Shown here piece by piece: positions 1-8,181 of a stretch of 64,000 bases of DNA. The position numbers and the translations under genes are program-made. Each line of letters begins with the position of its first letter. The stretch's first letter is position 1. The notes below the pieces were generated by a model. The model was not told the origin of the DNA and made no database searches. It saw nothing but the letters and a program-made list of their open reading frames with translations. This stretch comes from Thermodesulfovibrionales bacterium (lineage in GTDB: Bacteria > Nitrospirota > Thermodesulfovibrionia > Thermodesulfovibrionales > UBA6898). The stretch spans positions 32,001 to 96,000 of the forward strand of contig JBIOIY010000001.1 of assembly GCA_044450345.1 (NCBI GenBank), in the 5' to 3' direction.

Positions 1-547
1 GCCTTCCCACAACCGCGATCTTGGTATATTCGACGGCCTCTTCCTGATACTGGGGAAGCAACTGGTCGAGCCTGTCCATGAATTCCTCGTACCCGTGTCC
101 CGTTGCGGCCGAAACCGGCCAAAGATCTTCCGTCCCCAGCCTGAAAAAATCATAAAGCCTTTCTTCCCTCGTTGGAGCGTCTATCTTATTGGCTGCCCAG
201 AGTATCTTCTTGCCGGATGCGCGAAGAAGCCGCGCCAGTTCCATGTCCGCGGGCGTCAGACCATCCTTTCCGTCAAGGAGATGGATTATGATATCCCCCT
301 CCTCTATCGCAAAGATCGCCTGCTCCTTGGCCTGGGCGAAAATGTCTTCAGGGGGGTTGGGATAAAAGCCGCCGGTGTCGACCACCATGAAGACCTTGTC
401 CTCCCATTTTGCGTCAAGATAGTTCCTGTCCCTCGTGACGCCAGGGATGTCCTCCACTATCGCGGAATGCGTCCCCGTCATTCGGTTAAAAAGGGTCGAC
501 TTTCCTACATTGGGTCTTCCTACTATTACGACTACCGGTTTTGACAT
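1..547 (-). CDS. der: Ribosome biogenesis GTPase Der (EngA), N-terminal part; runs off the window edge
   Basis: Not in the ORF track. Manual minus-strand translation from ATG at 547 gives MSKPVVVIVGRPNVGKSTLFNRM...PGVTRDR...VVDTGG...NKID and, at the window edge, KIAVVG, the start of the second G domain. Confidence 0.93.
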   Translation of the reverse strand, partial: MSKPVVVIVGRPNVGKSTLFNRMTGTHSAIVEDIPGVTRDRNYLDAKWEDKVFMVVDTGGFYPNPPEDIFAQAKEQAIFAIEEGDIIIHLLDGKDGLTPADMELARLLRASGKKILWAANKIDAPTREERLYDFFRLGTEDLWPVSAATGHGYEEFMDRLDQLLPQYQEEAVEYTKIAVVGR

Positions 548-785
548 AGGACTATTGTACTATAAAATCACTGCCGATAATCTCTGCGCTGATATGACCG
601 CTAATAAGTGATTTCAACAGCAGATGCGCGAAATGACCACACTAAAGCCGTGATTATAATGCCATCCCCCTATCACGATTTTATATGAGGTACTATACTC
701 TCTGCAATAAAAGCGGCAAAATCGTATAATCAATACGTTACAAATAATCGCTCACGGCAAATAAATACCGGGCGTTCCATGTCGG

Positions 786-801
786 GGGCATAAAAATTGC
801 T
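786..801 (+). promoter_or_regulatory. Putative sigma54 (-24/-12) promoter for the HD-GYP gene
   Basis: GGGCATAAAAATTGCT: GG at 787-788 and GC at 799-800 with exactly 10 nt between, resembling TGGCAC-N5-TTGCW; about 27 nt upstream of the ATG at 828. Confidence 0.55.
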
Positions 802-827
802 ATCTCATATATAAGGTTATTTTCAGA

Positions 828-2831
828 ATGAGAATTAAGACCAAGATTATAACAATAACAGCCCTCACAGTAATGCTGGCTGTCGGCACGACCACCGCCG
901 TCTTCATCAGGATGCAAAACAACAAGATGATCAATGCGAAGTTTCAGGAGACGGTATTTCTTTCCGGTATAATCGAAAGGACGATAGAAAGCTCGATGAG
1001 GGAAGGTAATTCTGCCGAGGTCGCGAGAATTATCGAAAACATAGGGAAGAATAGAGAAATAGTCAGTCTCAGGATAGTCTCTCCGGACGGCACTATAGTG
1101 AAATCCACAAACAGCGGAGAAACAGGATCCAGGTCGGCCGAATTCAGTAAAGGTACTATCACTCCGGGACAAAAACCGAAGCTTCTGGACAAAACAACTA
1201 TTAATTACTTCCACGCCATTGAGAACAGGGCTGAATGCCATAGATGTCATGACCGGCGTTATCCGCTTATAGGCCTGATCCAGATCAAGCACGACATATC
1301 GGGAAGCCTTACGACATTTCTTTCACTTAAGAGGCTGTTGATCTTTTCCAATGTCGCTATAGTGGTTCTCGTTTCTGTAATCATCAGCATCCTCTTCACA
1401 AGGCTGGTGATGACTCCGCTCAAGAACCTGCTTTCTACGATCAATAATATCGAGGCCGGCAACTGGTATGCGACCGTTACCATACGCAGCAACGACGAAC
1501 TGGGCGTTATAGGTTCATCATTCAATAAGATGATCCGGGAAATCAGCAGCCTCTACAGCAAGAACATAGCCAAAGAAAGGGAACTCCAGAAGATAAGGGT
1601 CGAACTGGAACACAAGACCAGGGTCGAGGACCTCAATTCCCAGCTCGAGTTCAAGGTCAGGGAGCTCGAAACAGCCAACAAGGCGATCACATCCCTGTCC
1701 AGAGAGGTAAAAAGTAAGAATATCGAACTGGAAAATGCGGTCGAGAAACTCAAGAAGATCAACGAGATCGGCAGGATTCTCTCCTCTATAATCGAGACCC
1801 AGGAACTGATGAAGATAATAATCCAGACGACTGCCGATCTGTTGAACGCCGAAAAAGTGACCCTCCATCTCAGGAGCTATCATAAGCCGGAACTCACCTT
1901 ACAATACCAAAAGGGCGGCGGGCTCGAACATCTCTCCAGTTTCTCCTTCGAGGTAAATTCCGAATTTAAGGAACTTTTTGCGGACGGGCGGCCTGTCATT
2001 ATTTCCGGCCAGGCGGCGACAGACTCCCCGGACCTCCCCGCAAAAGGCCAAAAAATCGGCGTGCCGCTCAAGATGAAGGGCCTAGTAATAGGGGCCATGA
2101 TACTTGAAAACAGCCTGTCCCCGACCGCCTTCACCGAAGAAGAGCTCGAACTTCTCATCACTCTTTCGAACCAGGCGATGGTCGCCATAGAGAACGCCTG
2201 GCTGTATGAGAGCGTCAAAATTAACTACTTCGCTACAATACAGTCCCTCGTTAATGCGCTCGAGGCGAGCGACAGGTTCACGAAGGGTCATTCGGAAAGG
2301 GTAAGACTTCTCTCCGTCGAGCTGGGCAAGTATATCGGCCTCGATTTCAAGGAGATCGAGCTCCTCGAACATGCGGCCATTCTCCATGACATCGGGAAAA
2401 TAGGGATTGACAACTTTATCCTTCAGAAACAGGGCAAGCTCACTGCCAAGGAATACAGTCTGGTTAAGATGCATCCTCTCATCGGCGACGATATCCTGGG
2501 GCCGATCGAGACGCTGGGAGACGTAAGAAAGACAATCATCCAGCACCACGAGAGGTATGACGGAAATGGGTACCCTTACGGCCTCCGGGGAGACGAAATA
2601 TCCCTGAAGTCGAAGATCCTCTCTGTCGTCGACACCTTCGACGCAATGATGACCGACAGACCTTACCGGAAGGCCTTGTCGCTTCAGACGATCAGAGATG
2701 AACTCAAATCGAACGCCGGCACGCAATTCGACCCTTACGTAGTCGAGTCTTTTGTAGAAATGCTCAATCTTAACGGGAACACTCTGCTTGCGCCCTATGC
2801 CGAATACCATGCGGCCTTCTTTGCAGGCTGA
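828..2831 (+). CDS. Membrane HD-GYP c-di-GMP phosphodiesterase with periplasmic CxxCH sensor, HAMP, coiled-coil and GAF domains
   Basis: Two TM segments flank a domain containing CHRCH; HAMP (PLKNL...DELG...FNKM); GAF-like region; HD-GYP motifs HSERV, HDIGK and HHERYDGNGYP. Confidence 0.88.
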   Translation: MRIKTKIITITALTVMLAVGTTTAVFIRMQNNKMINAKFQETVFLSGIIERTIESSMREGNSAEVARIIENIGKNREIVSLRIVSPDGTIVKSTNSGETGSRSAEFSKGTITPGQKPKLLDKTTINYFHAIENRAECHRCHDRRYPLIGLIQIKHDISGSLTTFLSLKRLLIFSNVAIVVLVSVIISILFTRLVMTPLKNLLSTINNIEAGNWYATVTIRSNDELGVIGSSFNKMIREISSLYSKNIAKERELQKIRVELEHKTRVEDLNSQLEFKVRELETANKAITSLSREVKSKNIELENAVEKLKKINEIGRILSSIIETQELMKIIIQTTADLLNAEKVTLHLRSYHKPELTLQYQKGGGLEHLSSFSFEVNSEFKELFADGRPVIISGQAATDSPDLPAKGQKIGVPLKMKGLVIGAMILENSLSPTAFTEEELELLITLSNQAMVAIENAWLYESVKINYFATIQSLVNALEASDRFTKGHSERVRLLSVELGKYIGLDFKEIELLEHAAILHDIGKIGIDNFILQKQGKLTAKEYSLVKMHPLIGDDILGPIETLGDVRKTIIQHHERYDGNGYPYGLRGDEISLKSKILSVVDTFDAMMTDRPYRKALSLQTIRDELKSNAGTQFDPYVVESFVEMLNLNGNTLLAPYAEYHAAFFAG

Positions 2832-2905
2832 TCCCCCGCTGATCATCTTCTTTTTTTTTCCACTAGCTATTCTCCCATCTGTCTTTCTTGTAGGGAACGG
2901 TTTCA

Positions 2906-3931
2906 ATGTTTTATCATTATTGGCGATCTATGCTGCGTAAGAGACTGATAGGCATATGTGTTGCCCTTGCGATAGTCATCGCGTCGGGTGTCTCAGGGTA
3001 TGTCGTCATTGAAGGATGGAGGCCCTTTGATGCCTTTTACATGACCGTCATAACCATTTCTTCCGTGGGTTTCATGGAAGTCCGTCCGCTTTCTGACGCG
3101 GGAAGGACATTTACCGTATTGCTCATACTCTGCGGCTCGGGAATTTTGATTTACGCGGTCTCCCTTATTACGGCGTTTATTGTGGAGGGGGAACTCACTG
3201 ATGTAATAAGGAGGAGTAAGATGAACAAGAGAATCGATCGTCTTGACGCCCACTTCATAGTCTGCGGCGCAGACCGCACGGGTCAGTACGCCATCGAAGA
3301 ACTGCTCAGGACAAAACGTGATTTTGTCATCATAGAAAAAAAATCAGAAACAATCCTGGACCTCGAAAAACGGGGGATTTTGTGTATAGAAGGCGATGCA
3401 ACTCACGACTCCGTCCTTCTGAAGGCCGGGATACAGAAGGCAAGAGGTTTTATCACCTCCCTCCATTCTGATGCCGAAAACCTCTTTGTGGTGATCACGG
3501 CAAAACGCCTCAACCCCTCGTTGAGGGTAATAGCAAAGGCGGTGGAGGAAGAATCCGAACAAAAAATCAGAATGGTCGGAGCTGACGGAGTAGTAATGCC
3601 TGATTTTATAGGGGGTCTGAGGATGGTGTCCGAGATGGTCCGTCCTTCGGTAGTCAATTTTCTGGACATCATGCTCAGGTCGAAAGACCGCACGATAAGG
3701 GTCGAAGAGATCGTGGTCGGTAAATCGTCGCCATTTGTCGGGAAGGAGCTGTCCGAGACAGGGCTGCCCGACATGGAAGGTATGTCCCTCGTTGCCCTCA
3801 AAGACAAGGCAGCCGACTCCTATACGTTCAACCCCTCCAGAAAAACCTTCTTGACGATCGACCATACTTTGATAGTCATGGGAGACGTAGACCGTATCCA
3901 GAAGGCCGCAGCCATGATGAATCCTGCTTAA
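2906..3931 (+). CDS. Two-TM ion channel with RCK (TrkA-N/TrkA-C) domains, Kch/MthK-like, with an atypical filter
   Basis: DAFYMTVITISSVGF pore helix; GDAT, DAENL and GADGVV RCK motifs. The true start may be the ATG at 2930. Confidence 0.85.
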   Translation: MFYHYWRSMLRKRLIGICVALAIVIASGVSGYVVIEGWRPFDAFYMTVITISSVGFMEVRPLSDAGRTFTVLLILCGSGILIYAVSLITAFIVEGELTDVIRRSKMNKRIDRLDAHFIVCGADRTGQYAIEELLRTKRDFVIIEKKSETILDLEKRGILCIEGDATHDSVLLKAGIQKARGFITSLHSDAENLFVVITAKRLNPSLRVIAKAVEEESEQKIRMVGADGVVMPDFIGGLRMVSEMVRPSVVNFLDIMLRSKDRTIRVEEIVVGKSSPFVGKELSETGLPDMEGMSLVALKDKAADSYTFNPSRKTFLTIDHTLIVMGDVDRIQKAAAMMNPA

Positions 3932-4115
3932 TAAGTCTTAAAGTCGGCCTCGATATTTCTAATAAATCGCTCCCGGCGGTATAACTGTATGTCGCGGCCT
4001 GCACTTCCCAGCATACGCACAGCCATCACCAATATTCCGGGCTGCTCATATGTGGTAAAATTAATTAGCCGTATTCCAGAGCTGACATGGAAACAAAAGG
4101 AAGAAAATAATAGAA

Positions 4116-5132
4116 TTGAAAAGCAATTATATCATTAGGGCTGCCCTTCTGGCAGGGTTTGTCCTCTCTCTCGCCTCGCTGCTGGATTTGTGCGGGACCT
4201 CGGCATGCGCTGAAACACATAAGTATGCCCTGTTCGGGCTCCCTTTCACGTTTTTCGGAATTGTTTTTTTCCCGGCAGCGTGGGCCTCGTTCGAACTCGG
4301 ACGCACCCGCGGGGTATTCTCGACTCTTTTTGTTATTATGATCTCAGCAGCAAGCGGCGCAGAGGTTGCGTTCCTCTGGATCCAGAAATATGTTATAAAA
4401 GACTGGTGTCCCTTATGCGTAGGTGTCGCGGCAACGGTATATCTGCTTGCGCTCCTGGCATATTATGCCGAAGCAAAAAAAGTTATTGTAAACACAAAAG
4501 ACAGGAGAGGGATAAATATGATTTTCTTTAAGAAGGTATCGCTTATCACTTTGGTCGTGATCGCAGGTTTTTTGCTCGCATTCAAGGGCGCTCAAAAGAG
4601 CGAAGCCCAGGACAAGGGCATTAACATATTCCTGGGCAAAGAAAACAGCGCTCAGGAGCTTTACATCTTCACCGACTGGTTCTGCCCGGCCTGCCGCAAG
4701 GCAGAGCCGGAGATCGAAAAGGCCGCATCCTCGGCAGGGAAAAGGGCAAAGGTCATCTTTATCGACATGCCTATCCACCCCGAAAGTTTTAACTACATGC
4801 CTTATAACCTTTCCTTTCTCCTGAACGAAAAGGGCAAATACCTGGAGTTGAGGAAGGCGCTCGGTGCGCTCTCGCTCACGTCAAAAGAGCCCGGGCCCGA
4901 GGACGTGCAGAAGGCGATAGCTCCTCTTGGGGTGACCTACAAACCGCTGGCCTTCCTGACCGTAACAAAGGGGTCAAAGTACTTCGATGAGACTGCCAAG
5001 GCGTTCGGGGTCAAGTCCACTCCGACCGTCGTCGTCAACGACGCGAAGACAAAAAAGAGGATCCAGATGGTCGGCTCGAAGGACATCACGGAAGAGAATA
5101 TCCTGAAGGCCCTCGATGAGGTTTCGAAGTAG
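4116..5132 (+). CDS. VKOR-family membrane domain fused to a DsbA/thioredoxin-like domain
   Basis: Loop cysteines CGTSAC, TM helices and WCPLC (VKOR CxxC), then FTDWFCPAC and the cis-Pro motif STPT. TTG start. Confidence 0.8.
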   Translation: MKSNYIIRAALLAGFVLSLASLLDLCGTSACAETHKYALFGLPFTFFGIVFFPAAWASFELGRTRGVFSTLFVIMISAASGAEVAFLWIQKYVIKDWCPLCVGVAATVYLLALLAYYAEAKKVIVNTKDRRGINMIFFKKVSLITLVVIAGFLLAFKGAQKSEAQDKGINIFLGKENSAQELYIFTDWFCPACRKAEPEIEKAASSAGKRAKVIFIDMPIHPESFNYMPYNLSFLLNEKGKYLELRKALGALSLTSKEPGPEDVQKAIAPLGVTYKPLAFLTVTKGSKYFDETAKAFGVKSTPTVVVNDAKTKKRIQMVGSKDITEENILKALDEVSK

Positions 5133-5190
5133 GGTCTGTTTATAAAATTACCTTAGAGTTTATCCAGCCGGGGAGAAGCGGGCTGCATAT

Positions 5191-6708
5191 GTGGGAAAGA
5201 GGCAAGCCTGGGTGAGGACATTTAAGCGTACACATTCATATCTGTTTCTTGCCGCAATAGTTATCTGTTCTTTTGCAGTTCACATGACCGGTACTATTTT
5301 GTGGAAAGATTTGAGGCTGATCAGTGAGCCACTACATTCAACTGCTGAGGCCATAGGGGCAGCGATCGCTGTCTTCATGGCTATTGTTCTTTTGTGGGGG
5401 AAGAAGGACGTATATGGAGGAAAGCTCTTTCCGATGGCGATGGGCTTTCTCGGAATGGGTCTCCTTGATGGTTTTCATGCTGCTTCATCGCCCGATAAGG
5501 GATTCGTTTTGCTCCGCAGCGTGGCAGGCCTCGCAGGCGGTTTTTGCTTCTCCCTTGTGTGGCTGCCCGGCCTCGCATCAAAAAAGGATGCGGGCTGGAA
5601 AAGCCTGGCTCCATGGATTGTCGCCGGTGGTTCTGGATTGTTTGGTATATGGACTATATCTGCCAGATGGACATTGCCGGTACTGTTGCAGGGGGGTCAG
5701 TTTACCACTCCCGCTATTTCAATCAATCTCATAGCAGGAGTCTTATTTGCGGTCTCAGCCGTGAGATTTGTCGTTGACTTTCACCGTTCGGAGAGTCCGG
5801 AACTTTTCCTATTTGCTTCTATGACTATTCTGTTTAGCATAGCCCAGTTTAGCTTCCCTTTTTCCGCTCCCTGGGACGTGACCTGGTGGTTGTGGCATGT
5901 GCTTCGTCTCATGGCATTTATCTTGGTGTTGGGATTCGCAGTATTCGAGCGCAAGGAGGCGGAAGACTCCATAAAGAAACTGAATCGGGACCTGCAAACC
6001 CATGCAGCAAAACTTGAGGCTTCCTATAGGGACTTGGAGAGTTTCAGCTATTCGGCGTCTCATGATCTTCGATCACCACTGATTAAAATTCACGCCTTCT
6101 CCCGCATTCTGTTGAAGGATTATGCAGAAAGACTCGATGATGATGGTGGTCGACTGTTGAATAGTATTCAGGAAAATGCTAAGAAAATGGAACAGCTTAT
6201 CAATGATCTACTCGCCTTCTCCCGTGTCAGTACTAAAGAGATTCAAAAGTCTGAAATAAGTATTGCAGCATTAACAAGAGAAGTATGTGCGGAATTTAAA
6301 TCCACTATCGGTAATCGACGTGTACAGCTGGAAATAAAAGAGCTTCCGCCCGCCCATTGCGATGAGTCGATGATGCGTCAGGTTTTTGCTAACCTTTTGT
6401 CGAATGCGATCAAATACACTAAACCTAGAGAGATTGCAATCATTGAGGTGGGCGGAATCAAAGAGGAAAATGAAAATATCTACTATGTAAAGGATAATGG
6501 TGTGGGATTTGATATGGAGAATGCGGATAAACTCTTTACTATTTTCCAGCGCTTACATAGTCAGGAGGAATTCGAGGGAACAGGTATTGGACTTGTAATC
6601 GTTAAGAGGATTGTAGAGAAGCACGGGGGAAGAGTATGGGCGGAGGGAAGGCCGAAAGAAGGTGCCAAGTTTTATTTTGCCCTGCCTGTAGAAGAAAGAC
6701 TTACATAA
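5191..6708 (+). CDS. Sensor histidine kinase with a multi-TM (MASE3-like) input domain
   Basis: About 7 hydrophobic helices; H-box FSYSASHDLRSPL, N-box NLLSNAIKY, G1 DNGVGF, G2 GTGIGL. Confidence 0.88.
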   Translation: MGKRQAWVRTFKRTHSYLFLAAIVICSFAVHMTGTILWKDLRLISEPLHSTAEAIGAAIAVFMAIVLLWGKKDVYGGKLFPMAMGFLGMGLLDGFHAASSPDKGFVLLRSVAGLAGGFCFSLVWLPGLASKKDAGWKSLAPWIVAGGSGLFGIWTISARWTLPVLLQGGQFTTPAISINLIAGVLFAVSAVRFVVDFHRSESPELFLFASMTILFSIAQFSFPFSAPWDVTWWLWHVLRLMAFILVLGFAVFERKEAEDSIKKLNRDLQTHAAKLEASYRDLESFSYSASHDLRSPLIKIHAFSRILLKDYAERLDDDGGRLLNSIQENAKKMEQLINDLLAFSRVSTKEIQKSEISIAALTREVCAEFKSTIGNRRVQLEIKELPPAHCDESMMRQVFANLLSNAIKYTKPREIAIIEVGGIKEENENIYYVKDNGVGFDMENADKLFTIFQRLHSQEEFEGTGIGLVIVKRIVEKHGGRVWAEGRPKEGAKFYFALPVEERLT

Positions 6709-6966
6709 AGTTCATAAGAGGCACAGAGAAAGAGCGGAGATGATTACTGATCTATAGTTCATCCTCCAACCTTTGTTTCGTCATCTGACTTCCCGGTGTC
6801 TCCGTCGCTTAAGGCGCCTACTTCCGGGCCTCTGTGGTTCTGTTTTCGTCTTTTGCGAACCTGCGTAGAAAATATATAGCCAGCTTGCCGTACTTGCTCC
6901 TACCGCCTCCTCCATGGTAGCCGCTACCCAACCGCGTTCAACGCCGCAAGACAGTAGAAATTGCTT

Positions 6967-7335
6967 TTACTTACTCTTTCTTTCCGCCTCAAGCACTTTC
7001 ATCTTACATTTGGGTGACAGATGAGACGTATTTGCGATCAGGCATTCAACGACCCGGCCCTGTCCCGGCTGGACGCCGCCACAGTACTTCGGAATATCGT
7101 CCTTACATGCCTGCTCCGCTTCTTTGAGCGCCTCTTTCACTTCTATGCGGTGGCTCTTGCAAACAGGCGAAAGTTCTGCCTGATGCTCCTCCAAACAGCG
7201 CGCTATCCGTCCCTCACCCGGCTTTATATTGGCACAAAACTTCGCTGCGTCTTTCGCACAGGGTTGTGCAAATGCTCCTAATGCCGTAACAAACATTACA
7301 AAAAATACCAGGAAAACGACTAACGCTATCTTCAT
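6967..7335 (-). CDS. Secreted cysteine-rich repeat protein (two 4-Cys repeats)
   Basis: Signal peptide MKIALVVFLVFF...AFAQ after an SD (AAGGAGG); two repeats of C-x2-D-x3-(F/Y)C...PG-x-GR...CL...LSPxC. Start moved from the ORF-track 7416 to ATG 7335. Confidence 0.75.
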   Translation of the reverse strand: MKIALVVFLVFFVMFVTALGAFAQPCAKDAAKFCANIKPGEGRIARCLEEHQAELSPVCKSHRIEVKEALKEAEQACKDDIPKYCGGVQPGQGRVVECLIANTSHLSPKCKMKVLEAERKSK

Positions 7336-7714
7336 GTTCAGCCTCCTTGCTTTCTTGAATTCACGCCCAAAGGGCGTTCTATAACGGAACTCTAAGGCAT
7401 ACGCAGAGTGCAGCAATTACTCCTATCGACGAGCGTTCTTATATATGGTCAGATATAAAATTATTTTACTATGTTCTTGGTACCACTGCAATCTTTTTTG
7501 TGAATTATAATAAAAAAAACGTGGAAAAGACGGATGAGTTCGGTACCTGTTATGAGACGATTTCTCACCTTTGTTCACCTTAGAGAGTGTAATTGCAATA
7601 AAGCAAGGCCTGTCCCTCTGAAAGCCGGCATAGATTTCTGCGCTTTTAAGTCAAGACCCGATAGGGCCGCCCTAAATGCCGTGGAGTAGTTAAAGCTATA
7701 TTGCTATCCTGAGA

Positions 7715-8071
7715 TTATCTGAGACGGAAATGGAAACCGACGACCGCCCGGTAATCTGTGCGGCTGTCTCTTGACGTAAGGACCTGATGAGGCGGCGAGG
7801 TAAAATTAAGAAAGGCATTGAGTCCCTCTTTCAAGGGGACTGATATTGTCCGCTGAGGATTGATATCGCGATCTTTTCTCTCCCCGGAAAAGCCCTTTAG
7901 CCAAAAAAAACCGGCGTCTTCAAAATGGAGTACTGAGACGAGATCTTTTTTAGCTCCGTCCTGCATCTCGGCCTTTGTTCCGGATGGGACAACCAAAAAC
8001 ATCAGAGAAAAAGCAATACTGAGAACCCCTATGCGAATACTACATTTCTTCACGATGTTTAAATCTAACAT
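7715..8071 (-). CDS. Hypothetical exported protein
   Basis: 118-aa ORF with an N-terminal hydrophobic signal-like segment and a C-terminal amphipathic beta-strand (VVGFHFRLR). Confidence 0.5.
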   Translation of the reverse strand: MLDLNIVKKCSIRIGVLSIAFSLMFLVVPSGTKAEMQDGAKKDLVSVLHFEDAGFFWLKGFSGERKDRDINPQRTISVPLKEGLNAFLNFTSPPHQVLTSRDSRTDYRAVVGFHFRLR

Positions 8072-8181
8072 ATCAGCAACAAATAAATAAACATAATTCT
8101 TTATTTATTCTTTTTGCAGCACTTTTTTTCCAGAAGAGAACGGCTTTAAACCGTTCATTGAGTCATCACGGTGGCAACCCC

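Noticed and set aside
573..580. GCCGATAA (also at 39963) as a sigma28 -10 box
   Set aside because: No TAAA element at the required 15-nt spacing in either case.
6722..6836. Imperfect inverted repeats (CACAGAG/CTCTGTG and CGGAGA/TCTCCG) suggesting a MITE or ncRNA
   Set aside because: The arms are only 6-7 bp with inconsistent spacing and occur once; not distinguishable from chance.
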